From Schizochytrium sp. TIO01 (taxonomy: Eukaryota > Protista > Bigyra: Labyrinthulomycetes), in assembly GCA_004764695.1 (NCBI GenBank), contig SMSO01000033.1, positions 1,736,001 through 1,800,000 on the forward strand: a stretch of 64,000 bases of DNA, given 5' to 3'. The translations under genes were made by a program, and so were the position numbers. Positions 33,627-46,000 of this stretch are shown in pieces. How positions within the stretch are numbered: the stretch's first letter is position 1; each line of letters begins with the position of its first letter. A model generated the notes under the pieces. It did not search any database, had not been told where the DNA came from, and worked only from the letters and a program-made list of their open reading frames with translations.

Positions 33627-34511
33627 TTAGCAAATGCTTGACATGCGCACAGGCAGAGGAGGGGGCGGGGGCGGGAGAGGCGGGGCGAGCTCATCAGGTA
33701 CAGGCATGTGCTTGAATTCATTCCAAGACATGGCAGCGTAGTTCTTGGGGCCAACAAAGGAGCCGCCCTCAGATTGGGTCCGAGCAGTAAAGCGACGTGG
33801 TCGGTTGGCGGTGCGGCTGTTCATCAGTCTACGCTCGCTACGGGACGGTCCATCACTGTTCTCCTCTTCTTCGAGAGGGTAGTCGATGTCAATGTCAAGA
33901 TGTCCAAAGTCACTCATTTCCTGGTCTCGGCCTAGGTACCCACAGCAGCATGATTGCGGGCTTCTGCAATGGGTTTCACGGTACTTCTCGTCTTCATAGA
34001 TTTGGTTGTTGTTACTGTTGTTGTTGCTGGTGGTGCTGGTACTGACAACGTGGTGTTGGTATGGGTAGGGATCGAAGTCATAATCCTCATCTTCATAGCG
34101 CATGTCAACGGAGAATGCCGTGGACACGCTGTTTTGACGCAAAATCTGTGAAAAGCTGGACTTTTCCGGAGTGCTGCTACGCCGGGGCTTTTGGCCACTT
34201 GTAGCTCTGCGCAGGATTCTGCGTGCCCGTGAAGGTGTTTTGCGAACCCTCCGGTAACTAGGTTCTTCCTCATTAGTTCGTGATTTGTTGGTCTGCGAAG
34301 AGGCCCCAGCAGCTGTCATCAACAGAGAAGACGAAGAGCTTAGCGAAGCAGAGGGCATTTCTGATTTGGACCTCATCCCCAGACGCAACTTGCGGTCGCG
34401 CAAGATACGTTTCGGTGACGAGGGTCGTAGGCATTCTGCAGGGTCATCTGATGAATCAGAGCCTCGTCGAGATCTCTCGCTGGAGCTGCTCTTTGCCAAG
34501 GCGCCGCCCAT
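33627..34511 (-). CDS. Hypothetical low-complexity protein with a predicted N-myristoylation site
   Basis: 294-aa ORF starting MGGALAKS. A splice-acceptor-like ttaaacag lies about 20 nt upstream of the ATG. Ser/Arg-rich with a poly-Pro tail; no recognised domain. Confidence 0.6.
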   Translation of the reverse strand: MGGALAKSSSSERSRRGSDSSDDPAECLRPSSPKRILRDRKLRLGMRSKSEMPSASLSSSSSLLMTAAGASSQTNKSRTNEEEPSYRRVRKTPSRARRILRRATSGQKPRRSSTPEKSSFSQILRQNSVSTAFSVDMRYEDEDYDFDPYPYQHHVVSTSTTSNNNSNNNQIYEDEKYRETHCRSPQSCCCGYLGRDQEMSDFGHLDIDIDYPLEEEENSDGPSRSERRLMNSRTANRPRRFTARTQSEGGSFVGPKNYAAMSWNEFKHMPVPDELAPPLPPPPPPLPVRMSSIC

Positions 34512-37500
34512 TGTTGTCGTGGCCTATATACCTGTTTAATTCAAAACAGAAGAGCGTCGCTCGCGCCTTTCACCAATAGCACAGACTCCGCAAGTCTACA
34601 ATAAATTATTCGATGTTACTCACCGCAAGTTTATTGTGTAGACCCACCCACGCAAGGTCAAGGACAGCAGAAGTCTCAACCTCAAGCCCTGGGCTCCCGA
34701 ATATGTAAAGCTGCAACCTATTCGAGTACAACAACAGGAACAGCTGCTGCAAAGGTTTCCAGTTTGAAGGCCTCCCCTTTTATATAGTAATACGTGCTGG
34801 TATGTCAGCGAGTGAATAAAGCAAAGGAAGTGTCGATCGATCACCCTCCACTCAAGCGGCCAAGTATCTCGGACCTTAGTTCTGGCAAGCCACCCAGCTG
34901 GCGTACCGAGGGAGCCTGTGAGACGAGAGCGGTGGAGCCAGCGGGCTCTGGGTTCCCGAACAAAGCGCCAGCTAGCGAGCTAGCTGTTCGGTTGCTTGTT
35001 TTGATTGTATATTTGTCTGCCTGCCTGCCTGCCTCCAAGAAGAAGCAAAGAAGGAGAAAAAGAACAAAGCCTTTCCACCAAACAACCAAAACTGAAGAGA
35101 TTTTCGAAGAAACAACTTCAAAGGGTGAACGCGCCACACCTCGGGAGAGCGACTTCTCAGCTGCCTGCGGCGGTGAACTGCTAAATTCCAGCCAACGTCA
35201 ACACAGCCGTGGTCTCCGCTCGCACGTTTCAGGTTTGGGAACCTCGATGTTCTTGAAATCCTCGAGGTGTATTATTTGAATTTGGCGAAGTTTTGAACGA
35301 TTCTCTTTTCCTTTCCACATTGAAGTCATTCATTCAAAATATTTTCTCTCCTCCTCTCCACTTCTATCACTATTCGCTATGTAGCTCTTACTATCATCCG
35401 TCGTAAGTATGGGTCTTCCTTTTCTTTTCTTTCCTCTGGGAGCTTCTTCTATTGTTTTCATTAGGTGCCCTGCTATCTACACCGCTTTCAGACAGACAGG
35501 CAGGCAGCGTCAGTGTCTACTAGTACTGCTGCTATACACTTCTACTGCCACCTTAGTGGTTTCTACCGCAGAGAAAGACGAGGATGTGCAAACGTGGGCC
35601 TCCCTGCTTAAACCAGTATCAACACATGAGGCGCAAAAACAGATCTCGGCCCCTCTCACCTTCGCGGGGGTCCCCTGCCGGGAGTCCCCCTGCAGATAGG
35701 GAGAAGTCTGTGCGAAGGTGCGGCGAACGGCGGCCGGGGATACCTACGAGTCCTCTCCGGTGCACATCCCACAGCCCTCCCCACAGCCGGAAGCTATCGA
35801 GGGGCTGGAGAAAGCTGTCCCGCAGTGCTGCAGCTTCTTGGCTTGCTTTGAGTGCTTCCAGGACCTGCCCTCCGCTGCTTTCTTGCTTCATTTCCTCCTC
35901 TGCGCTCCTCGAAGTTCGGGCCCATTTTCATATTGCCTCTTTCAACTCTCTCTCTCGCTCTCGAGCTCCTCTTCCTCCTCCTCCTCCTCCTCAGCCTTCG
36001 AACTTCCTCGCTGCCGTTGCCTTCGGCGCCTCCGCGGCGTTCAAGGGAGGCGGGCCATTTGACCTGGGCCCGCGGTCGCTGACCCAGGTTCTCATTTCTA
36101 TGGTCTCCTCATTTCTTTCTTTCTTTCTTTCATCGCTGCTTTCGTTCCGAAGAAAGAAAGAAAGAAAGAAAAAGAGAAAAAGAGAAATAGAGAGAGAAAG
36201 AAAAAGAACGAACGCGCTTCCCTTTCCTCGGCCATACTGTACCACGCCCTGAGAACAAGCACCGCTCGTCACATCGCTAGTTTGTTTGTAGCGACCCTGA
36301 AGATGCGTGGTTCTTGCTCTCTCTCTGCGCAGGAAAGGCGGTTTTCTGAAGAAATCGGAGGCGAAGGAAAACACGTGAAGCGGGAAACCACAAAACCTGC
36401 GTTCATAACTCAATCAATTTATAGCTTATCAATTTATCATCTTTTACTTTTTTAAAATTAATAAATGAAAGTGGAAATTAAGTGAAAGTGAGTTATTTCA
36501 TTGGAGAGAGAACACAAAGAGCGCTCTGAACGAGGACTCGAAGGTCGTCTGGGAGCTGCTAAGGTGGTGCCTAGCGTAAACCGCTGATGCTGTGAAATCT
36601 ACAGTTGTGGCTTTCGTTTTATAGAAACCCTTTTCAGGAGTCGAATGAATGAACGAATGAAAGTCGCGTCACTTTGAGGTCTGAGATGGTTCGTTGGAAT
36701 CGAGCTCGAAGTGATTTCTCCTCGATCAACTAAGTGCCAAATTAGTTCCTCGAGAACCTTGTGCGGCTTCTCTGAGGGGCCTCGAGCGCAGCTTCTTAGC
36801 TCCTAACTTCTTGCCACCTGAGGCACTTAGTCTCTGAGCACCTGTTGATGAAGAAATATTGTGTAACGTGTGTGCTTTGATTGGTCTATTCATTTTGTCC
36901 GGCCGATCAATCTCGTCTCTGATAAGTAAGTCCCATGCTTTGAGTTTCATCCTTGAGCGGCTCTGGTTACTAGCTAGTGTACGGCTGAGGGAGCCTCGAT
37001 TTTAGCACGTTGTTTCAGGTTTGGGCGCCTGAAGTGAGTTTTGCATTCTTCTGTTGATCTGACATAGGAAAAGGGCGGATTTTCTACAAATTGTAAACAA
37101 ATTAAATTAAAGGGAAAGAGAGAATAAAAAAAGACTCTGCGAGGATATTTTTCTTTTAATCCTTAGATTTAGTTTTAATTAATTAAATTAATTTAAAAAA
37201 TGAAGGAAAGAAGAAAAAGTAAGGTGATACTTAGGTGGTATATGGGAAGGAGGAAATGGAGATTTGAGTAGACATCAATATTGCCGAGCAGACGACGCGC
37301 AGTTTACGCAGTTCGCTCTGCCGAGGCTGACCAAATTTCGCGTCCAAGGCCGACTTTAGCCGATACACGTTTGGGGTCGAGCACAATCAGAGCGTCTCCT
37401 ATGATCTGCCACAGCTTCTGCGATCTTGATCGAGAATGCCTCATTTTAGAAGAGGCTCGGAAACTCAAAACCTTTAAACTTCAAACTGAGAGGCTGGTTT

Positions 37501-38283
37501 CCACGGCACATAGGCCAAACCTTAGGCCAACAGGTAGAACTCCATTTACCTCCCTGATCGATGAAAACCTTTTCATTTTTGAGATTGCGGGACCACAGGT
37601 ACCTACCTCCCTACCTAGCTAGCTGCCTAGGACTACCTACTGGAGATATTTAGAGGTACCGGTACCGCAACGGTTGTCCAAATCTGAAGGTCTGTCCGTC
37701 AAGAGAGAGGTTTGGGCGCTCGAAAAGCGATGGAGGAGTTCGCTTAGTTGACGAGAGATGGCCCCAGCCGCATAGTTTCAAAGCCTCTCGCGGCCTCTCT
37801 TGGCTCCAGGCACAGGATAACCCTGACGTATCGAAGAACGCGGCTCCTTTGGTTCTCAGGCTGGAGGCCAAGAAGCTGGCGCTGTGCTGGCGCGGGCCGG
37901 CTGCTTTCCGCTGCGGGGGGATCTTGTTTTATCGAGGTGCTGCTTGCTTCGAGTTGCTGGAAAGACATGCAAGAAGGTACAGAGGGCAGAGCCCCGCAGC
38001 CCCCCTGAGCAGCACCTCATTCAGCTTCTGGCAGCTTCTTCGAACTCGCCCGGAACCCCCCCCCTCCCGGATCTCAACCCTGGCTCGTGTTTCTTCAAGT
38101 TGGAAAGCCTGTACGTACTCATTCAAGTACCTGCGCCTACTTCACTCGTAGCCAAAAGTGCGTCGCCAAACACATCTGCGACCGACAGGCCGTGACAGAC
38201 CGACAGCTTTGAGTTGAAAAGCTGTAGCTCAACGCGAACTGTGGTCGGCGGTATCCAAAGATGGGGAACTGAGCTCCAAAGCT

Positions 38284-38430
38284 GAAGAAACTCGAACGTT
38301 GAAGAAACTCAAACTTTCTTCAAGAAACTCAAACGTTGAAGAAACTCAAACGTTGAAGAAACTCAAACGTTGAAGAAACTCAAACGTTGAAGAAACTCAA
38401 ACGTTGAAGAAACTCAAACTTTCAAGAAAC
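38284..38430. repeat. 17-bp minisatellite (GAAGAAACTCAAACGTT, about 8.5 copies)
   Basis: Tandem copies are visible directly, with a few variant units. Confidence 0.95.
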
Positions 38431-40204
38431 AAAACCCAGCGAGCAAAGAAGCAAGTAGAAGCAAGCAAAGAAGTCCGTGCCTCGATGGAGTGAGTGGTGT
38501 GGCTACGAGCAAGACAACCTGGAGAGCTTTGGGACATAAAGTCGCTTGAAATATCGTTCTTGAAGTGATTAGTTAGCCAGTTATAAAGGCAACTACATAC
38601 CTTCCCGGTGTAGTGAAGGTGATCATTAAGAGAGAAAGCCCTTGAGTGAACACACACAAAGTTTGGGTTGGCCTTTAATGTAATGCAATTGGCGCTTGCG
38701 CATCTTGAATACGAGAAAGACTTTGGCGAAGACTTGAACTTGCAGTGGGATCATGAGCACTGACCGCGGCTCCAACGAATGGTTTAGCTCTCCTGGCTTG
38801 TGGGGGAGGAAGGCATTGTCATGGTTTCTCAGGGCACTGGAAAACTTGATCACATTTGCCATACTTATTTATTGGTGTATATCAAACACGAGCCCAGCTC
38901 AGCTAAAGGGCTTCAGCTCTGCTCTTCAGCTCTGCTGCAGAGATTTCGGCAATCAAGCCACGCTTGGTAAAGGGGGTTGTAAAGGAAGCTTCTCGTGATA
39001 CGGCAAGCCTGGATTTGGGCTCCAGGGTTGCAGAGAATAACGAAACAAAGTAGGCTTTTGGGGCCCAGAATCGGTGCTCTTGTCTTTCATTTCAAAAGTT
39101 CACACCTGAGTAGAAAGAACTCAGAGACGAGAGCACAAACCTGGCATGCCTGGTGTACTCACGTGGTGTCCTCGGATATACTACGGGGACCCCTTTGCAC
39201 ACCTTTCGCAAGAACATGATTTTGGCGGGTTTGCTTTTGCCTTATAAATTAGAAATCACAGAATATCGTGGACGATTCTGGGCGCCAGAGCTTCTAGAGT
39301 TTAAAAAGATGCTCCATCTGACAGCAGTACGCATCGACCAGCAGGTCCAATAACTCTGTTGGTACAATCGCAAGATTCATATGCTATGGTTGATCTACGC
39401 TTCATTTATCTTGGAGCTTAGGGCCGGACTATTATTGCGTTGTCACACACCTTTCTTCAGAACCTGTGGTAGTATTAGTAGCTGGGTTCTTAGGTTATAT
39501 AGCACCTGGCACGCCAGTGATGGAAACCACAGCACCTTCAAGTTATATATAAGCCATGAATTGTAAGCAAAACCTTATGATAAATCATCCGAGCCCAATA
39601 TTGGTCATAGCTTGGGTTGGTGCAGGCCTCGAAGAGAAGCCCTTGGCTGCTCGGGTTTATGGCCGGCTGCGCATAAATTATCCGCCCGAACGCAACAAAT
39701 GAAAAGCTCCGGTGTCCGAAAAGCCTAGTCCCGAATAGTTTTGCCGATGCTCTCTGAGCACTTTCATACCTACATGATTATCTAGTTGAAACGTCATCTC
39801 GAGCAAGAGCCAGAGAAGGAAAGCCCGAGGTTTTGGGAACCCCTTTATTTGAAGGAGAGGTGGTGAAAGCTCGGTTTCTCCGAGCCGCGTATTTTAATCC
39901 TTCGAGATGGATTCTGTACGCGGTGCTGTGCTAGCGGTACTGCTGGCACTCCTAGGGTATCTGATAAGAGGCCTCTCCGCCTCAGAAGGATAGTGATTCA
40001 TTCATGATCATTCGTTGAAATTCATTCGTGCAGGATCTCTGAGAACTCTTCGATCATTCAATCGAGCGTTGCCAAAGGTTGGCCTGAAGCAGACCCGAAA
40101 CTAAATCTCGGACTGCAGCAACAGCAAACAAGCCAGAGACTTCGCACAGCGAGGAGGAAGAAGGAGAAGAAACAGAAGAAGTAGAAGCTCGCAAACCTAG
40201 AAAG

Positions 40205-40507
40205 ATGGGTGACGAACTCGATAAGGCTCTCGAAAGCCACCCCGTCGTGGTGGTCTCCAAGACATGGTGCCCGTTCTGTACTCGTGCCAAGAATGTCCTT
40301 GCCAACTACCCGATCAAAAACATGCGTGTGATTGAGTGTGATAGCAAACCCGCCGTCCAAAACCGCGCGGAGGAGCTCACTGGCCAGCGTACCGTGCCTA
40401 ACATCTTCATTGGCGGCAAGTCCATCGGCGGCTGCGACAAAACTGTCGCGCTCCACAACAAAGGACAGCTCAAGGTGATGCTGGAGGAGGCAGGCGCTCT
40501 CGAGTAA
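40205..40507 (+). CDS. Dithiol glutaredoxin (CPFC)
   Basis: SKTWCPFC active site, TVPNIFIGG and IGGCD motifs; 100 aa. Confidence 0.96.
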   Translation: MGDELDKALESHPVVVVSKTWCPFCTRAKNVLANYPIKNMRVIECDSKPAVQNRAEELTGQRTVPNIFIGGKSIGGCDKTVALHNKGQLKVMLEEAGALE

Positions 40508-41248
40508 TCTTATCCAAGATCTCGACGTTTACACTGCAAGTTGACTTCCGTATGCTAAATTATGCTCCAAACAGCATCGATAGACTATGAATGCACACAG
40601 TGGACCGCCTCGACTCGCTTTGGTGAATTCGTTTTTGATGACCGTCACATTTCCCCTTCCTGAAACACCCGCATTTAAAAGCGTTGCACGTGCGATCTAC
40701 TTTCGTCGCGAGCGGCATTTTACTCTCGCAAGAATGTAAATGCCCCCTATGTTCCCGCCTGGCCCTGTGGCGCAACTGGTCACGCCCTCTGGCAATTCAG
40801 AACTTTTCGTGAAATTTATCAAAAAGGTGACCTGGAATGTTAGGAGTGGTACTTCCTAAAATAACTAGCACTGTCTAAGTTTAGTTACCACTCTGATAGC
40901 AACCATAATCCTTTGTTGCTTGGCGAACCATTTCCTTGTTTTCTATTTAGAAAAACTTAACCTTTTATGCTATCATTGATTTTGCTCTCCTTGAATAAGT
41001 TTCGCTTAGATCGTCTTCTTGTTAGTATATGTATCGGATAGCGACAATGCCAATCTGTCGCAGTGTTGACAAGACTGTCTACATTTAACTGGTACACAAG
41101 CTCTTAATTTGGGTGCAAGTGACGAATGCTCATTAAGAAAATTCACTAAATTTAAGTTTGGCTTCTGCAGAAGCATACGTTCCCTGTCTTTGTTTTTTAA
41201 AAAGTCATGGACAAGAAGAAAATTAATAGTTGGGTAAAACTTCATGAA

Positions 41249-43066
41249 CTACTTTTCTTCTGTTGAACCACCACAACACGGACTTGCACCTTGAAGAACT
41301 TGTGCCTCATTCTGCGCTTGACTTGGCACTTCCGACAGCATACAGAGGCACGGGGCTCGCACTGGGACATCCGCTAATGTTCGGCGATACTCCAAGTCCT
41401 TTTCCTCAGCTGGTGTAAGTGCAGGACACAACTCTGGGAACTTTTCATGACAAAGTGCGACGCCACTGAGCGCCCAGATGTTCCCTGGCTCCCGCTTAAG
41501 ACTACCCTGGAATGCTTCGTATGCTTCTTTTGCGTGACCTTGCTCTAAAAGTAGGCTTCCAAGTGCGTGTCTAGGAGACATCATCCAAGGCCATGGCTCG
41601 TCATATTTGAGACCTTCGCATCGCGCAACTGCAACACGCAAGCACTCGTAGGCATGACTATAATTGCCCTTACGGTATTCAATCTCGCCTTCTAGCATCG
41701 CTTCTCCAATATGTAAGAGTGAGTTTGCACTGTTGTTAAAGAGCGCTCGCTCCTCGGGAATTACCGTCAATGCTTCTCTGTATAGCGCTTGCTCACGATC
41801 TGCAGCTTCGACATTGTTCAGTGCTGCATATGCAAGCCCTCTAGCATAGTGCAGCGTAGCGTTATAAACGAGAAAAAGCTCTTTATCCTCCGCAAATGCT
41901 TCCTCTAGAATAGAATTCCACTCCCCAAAACGTATAAGCGTATGGAGATTAATATTACTGAAGGTCTCCATAGAATTAGCGGCGCCCTTTCGCATATGTT
42001 CCCTCATTGCAGCCGTCATAAGCTCGTCCTTGATCTCCATTGCTGCATTCATTGCGTCTTCTCGAGAGCCCATCTGGAAAGCTCCATAAGCTAACATGTG
42101 CAGATCATGGTATCGGTACCCTGCGTAGAAATTTGCCGTGGTACGATGGGCGGTATAGCGGCGATTTGCGGCAGCAGCGAGTTTGCTGCATTCCACGACT
42201 TTGTCGTATTCCCCACTTTGGATCCAAATATGCGCTGGCATATGTAATAGGTGAGCCAAATCGCTGCCACGTACAAGATCAAGAAGGTCTTGGGCAACGT
42301 TTCGCGCCATGGTCATGTCGGGGCTCATTTCAAGGCAATGGATAAGCATGTGCAAAATGCCAATGTGGTTAGGAAATTGGCGTGCATAGGACCACAGCAA
42401 ATCTTGAAGAATTTGGGTTCCGGGAAAGACACCTTCAGCATCACGTGGAGTACCGTCATTCGTGTCATAAAGATCCCATGGCTTAAGCAGCATGATTGAG
42501 TCTGCATACATGCATGCAATGTCTGCATCTTCCAAGTAGTCTTCATGAAGGGCCTTCATGTGCGTAACAAAGGTTTCATTTAAGATTTTACGGCCAGCTG
42601 TATCAGGTTCGTGCTCAGTGCAGCGAGCACGTACAGCGTTTGCGAGGCGGCGAGTTTTATCTGCGAAGGCTTGGCCATTTTCACCGCCTTGCTCCACACG
42701 AGTCAGGGCAAGATCTGCAAACTTGACGGCTTCTGCGTTGGAAGGGAAAGTATCAGCTTCATCTTCGCAGACCCCGCTATTGTAGTCTACTCCGTGACAG
42801 TAAGAGATCAAAATCAGAGGCTCAGGTGCACAAGGTGCAAGTCTAGAGCATTCCCTCAGACACTCGATTGCTTCAATGTGGTTGAAAGCATGCATCCAGA
42901 GAATACCTCGATTAAAGTATCGAAGAATCAGCATTTCATCTCCTTCTGTTGGAAGTCCCGCTGGATCTAATCTCCATGCAGGGCCATGTCTCTGCGCCAT
43001 CACAAACGGATAGCGATCGTCTGCAGCAGCACCGCCAGAAGCCGTAGCGCTGTCATCTTGTGCCAT
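41249..43066 (-). CDS. TPR-domain protein of a family otherwise familiar from bacteria and fungi
   Basis: YFNRGILWMHAFNHIEA, HIGILHMLIHCLEMS, HLLHMPAHIW, YRYHDLH, LKYDEPWPWMMSPRHALGSLLLEQG and C-terminal ADVPVRAPCLC. Confidence 0.85.
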   Translation of the reverse strand: MAQDDSATASGGAAADDRYPFVMAQRHGPAWRLDPAGLPTEGDEMLILRYFNRGILWMHAFNHIEAIECLRECSRLAPCAPEPLILISYCHGVDYNSGVCEDEADTFPSNAEAVKFADLALTRVEQGGENGQAFADKTRRLANAVRARCTEHEPDTAGRKILNETFVTHMKALHEDYLEDADIACMYADSIMLLKPWDLYDTNDGTPRDAEGVFPGTQILQDLLWSYARQFPNHIGILHMLIHCLEMSPDMTMARNVAQDLLDLVRGSDLAHLLHMPAHIWIQSGEYDKVVECSKLAAAANRRYTAHRTTANFYAGYRYHDLHMLAYGAFQMGSREDAMNAAMEIKDELMTAAMREHMRKGAANSMETFSNINLHTLIRFGEWNSILEEAFAEDKELFLVYNATLHYARGLAYAALNNVEAADREQALYREALTVIPEERALFNNSANSLLHIGEAMLEGEIEYRKGNYSHAYECLRVAVARCEGLKYDEPWPWMMSPRHALGSLLLEQGHAKEAYEAFQGSLKREPGNIWALSGVALCHEKFPELCPALTPAEEKDLEYRRTLADVPVRAPCLCMLSEVPSQAQNEAQVLQGASPCCGGSTEEK

Positions 43067-46000
43067 TCTGACGCAACCAGACTTGGACCTTTTTTACTAT
43101 CTGAGGCAGCTTGACTCCGCGACGCTCTGGCCGATGCAATGATTCTGTTCTGCGAACCAGTGCCAGCTTCGATTGTATCCTCCAAGCGTCCGCTCTCCTC
43201 TTGTGTGGCAAACTCGAAGTTCTCGCTAGTAGGTGCATATAGTCTTTGATATAATCAAATTTTGAAGGTTTCGAGAATCATCTTGTTACTTCAATCATCT
43301 GCGAATGCCTATAAATCTGGTTGTCTGTCGACGTCTACTTGGGCGGAAGACTCAGCACAAAGATACAGTACACGAAAGTTACACGAAGAGAACAAAGCGT
43401 CTGCTGTTCCAGTTCAACTAGGCAGCGATTCCAATTGATGCAAGAGGGACTGTCTTCTGACTTTTACGTAATGGTTCTAATATTTTCTCTTCGTTTTGAT
43501 TCTGGATAACAGCAAAGCTGGTTGTATGTTGAATACTATATAGTCCATTGTGGCTCTATGCATGAAACACCTAAGGGAGCTCGCGATAAAGAGATCCTTG
43601 TCTTCAGCAGCCAGCTTACGTCTCAAAGCTCTGCTGACTCGCTCCAAGAACTATCTCTTGAGCTTTTGGCACTTCCCCCTTTCCCATTCTTTCATGCTAC
43701 GTTCTCAATTTCGTACATAGGCATAGTAGTATAAGGCGCTTTTGAAGAGGAGGAGTAGCAGTACTAGTCCCAAGTAAAAGCACGAATAACTCTTTGCCAC
43801 GATACCAGCTTTCGCTTCACGCCTGTCGTACTACATTCATAAATTCAAAGAACGAAATACGTAGGTAGTCGTCACTTCGCGAAGTACCTTTACGAATCCC
43901 AACACTGATCAATGTCTCAATGTCCTCTGCATGGACATCTGTAAAAACTAGTGGTGATGGCAATTGCAGAAGCTGCACCACCTCCTACGCACGTATTTAC
44001 GTATTATTGCGCTCTGGAGAAGGTCAGGTAAAATGAGGAGGAACAAACCTTAGCAAGCCAGCAGTTTCTGAGAAGGATGCTCCACTCGAAGTTGAACATG
44101 ATTGTCACTTCGCGATAAATGGAGGGAAAGGGGGAAACACGCGCGTGCACACCTATTGCGCAATCTCGATTCCTTAATTTTTATATTTTTATTAATAAAA
44201 TATATATATATATATTGAGAGGAAAAGAAATAAAAATTAAGTAGAAAAAGAAACCAATTAAAAGTAGGTATGTATGTATGTATGCCTACCCTTTTGTTCT
44301 TGGGTAGCTAGCTAGCGACAGCAGCTCGTATCAGTCAGTCAGTCTCCATGATCACCAAACCTGTGGTCCAGAACGATCATCTCTATTTCTATCGCTTCGG
44401 CCATCACTATGATGATCAACATGAGCCATCGTTTCAATCAACATCGCGAATTGCAAACAACTCGCTCTTAAGCTCAATGAATGAGCAAATTATTCTAGCT
44501 AGGGCACCTTTAGCTCTCAGCTGGTATTACTACTGTTACTGCCTCTTCTTCGTCGTCACGTACGTGTGTGGACATTGCAAGTTGTCCTGGGCACTTTAAG
44601 TTATGGGGTGTCACCGTGGACATTCTCGGCGTTGCCCGCGAACAATGAGGTCGTCACCACGTGCAGTAGGTACGGAGTGGAGCCTCGTGTGTGCTGTTCT
44701 CGATATGCAAAGCTGTTCTCTTCAGAAATGCACCCAACTCGAAGCTGGGCCTTTCCTCTCTCGGCTTGAAAGTTCCGAGCGACCAGTCTCATCTTCTCAT
44801 GTTCTTTTCATGATGAACCTTCTATGATTTTGCAGAATGGTTGTTTTTTCCAACACGCTTTTTCAACTTTATCATAAGCCGAAGCCAATGCAAAGATCCA
44901 TCATCCATATCAATAATAAATACCGACCCACCAAGATATATCCAGAGTGAAAGGCTAAATTATCGTCAATCATAGTGCAAACGGAGTATTTGCTTGGGGC
45001 ATCTGCAGCGCGACATTAAGCATGAAGCAGTAATTTTTTCTTTTTGATATGTATGGAGCTAGCGATATCTACAATTATCATCTGTAAAATGGCAGATCAG
45101 CTGGAAAGAGTTCATGCAAAAGAACATCAAGAGACAATTAGTCAGCTTTTCCACAGAACTGCGTGTACTCGCTCTCAAAATCTCGACCGATGTCGAAAGC
45201 AGCACATTACATCACTTGAACCTAAACACGATTTCTGAAATGACCAAACTCGGGCTAAATCGTCGATGAGATCATCTGCCTGATTTGACTAACTAAAGTG
45301 CTCTTCTTCCTACGGTATCAAGTAAGTAGGACTATTATCGAGTAGGTACTTACTTGTATGTATTCGCTGCATTTTAGATTAAAAGAAATTTTAAATGAAG
45401 TTTTAAAAATGCAAACAAACAATTGTAAAAAGTTTTTACGAATATTTACAAAGACATATAGGACCTAAGTTAAAAAAAAATTAAAATAGTTCCTATGAAA
45501 GAAGAGCACTGTAATCATAAATCACTCACTTCAAAGGTGAATGAGCGAATGAACGACTCAAGCTTACGCGACAGCGCGGGATACGTTTTGCTCAGGTCCG
45601 CGTGCACTCGAAATCTAACGAGGTCAGTTCGAGCAGGCGGTTTTCATCCAGGTCTAGGCATGATTTCGTTGACAGCGTAGGTGGCTGGCTGCTTGAGCTA
45701 AAACGCAAAGTCGAGGTCAAGACATCGCGGAGCCATTGGGAATTAATTGGCGCTAGCTCTGTTGTTATTATCGTTTACAGAGGAAATGTTATAAATTTAC
45801 AGCACACGTGTGCGATATTACGATGTCTGAATGTACTTTCCCCCTCGTATGAATCGGCGCCTATGGATTCATTCTTCGCGAGCCTCCAGGTATCGCCAGA
45901 GCAGGCAAATAAGCAAATGAGCAAATAATCAAATAGCCTGCACGTCGTCGAGGTGCCCAAATCAGAAACGCAGCGAGAATTGAAACACGTAAACTTGGAG

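Noticed and set aside
35584-36413. Overlapping ORFs in a GC-rich stretch, including possible TGA readthrough on the - strand
   Set aside because: Low-complexity, microsatellite-derived peptides with no selenoprotein-like motif; more likely promoter or UTR sequence.
37650-38195. Cluster of overlapping 65-103 aa ORFs
   Set aside because: No consistent frame, homology cue or codon bias.
38284-38430. Possible CRISPR-like array
   Set aside because: The repeats are contiguous with no unique spacers, the context is eukaryotic and there are no cas genes.
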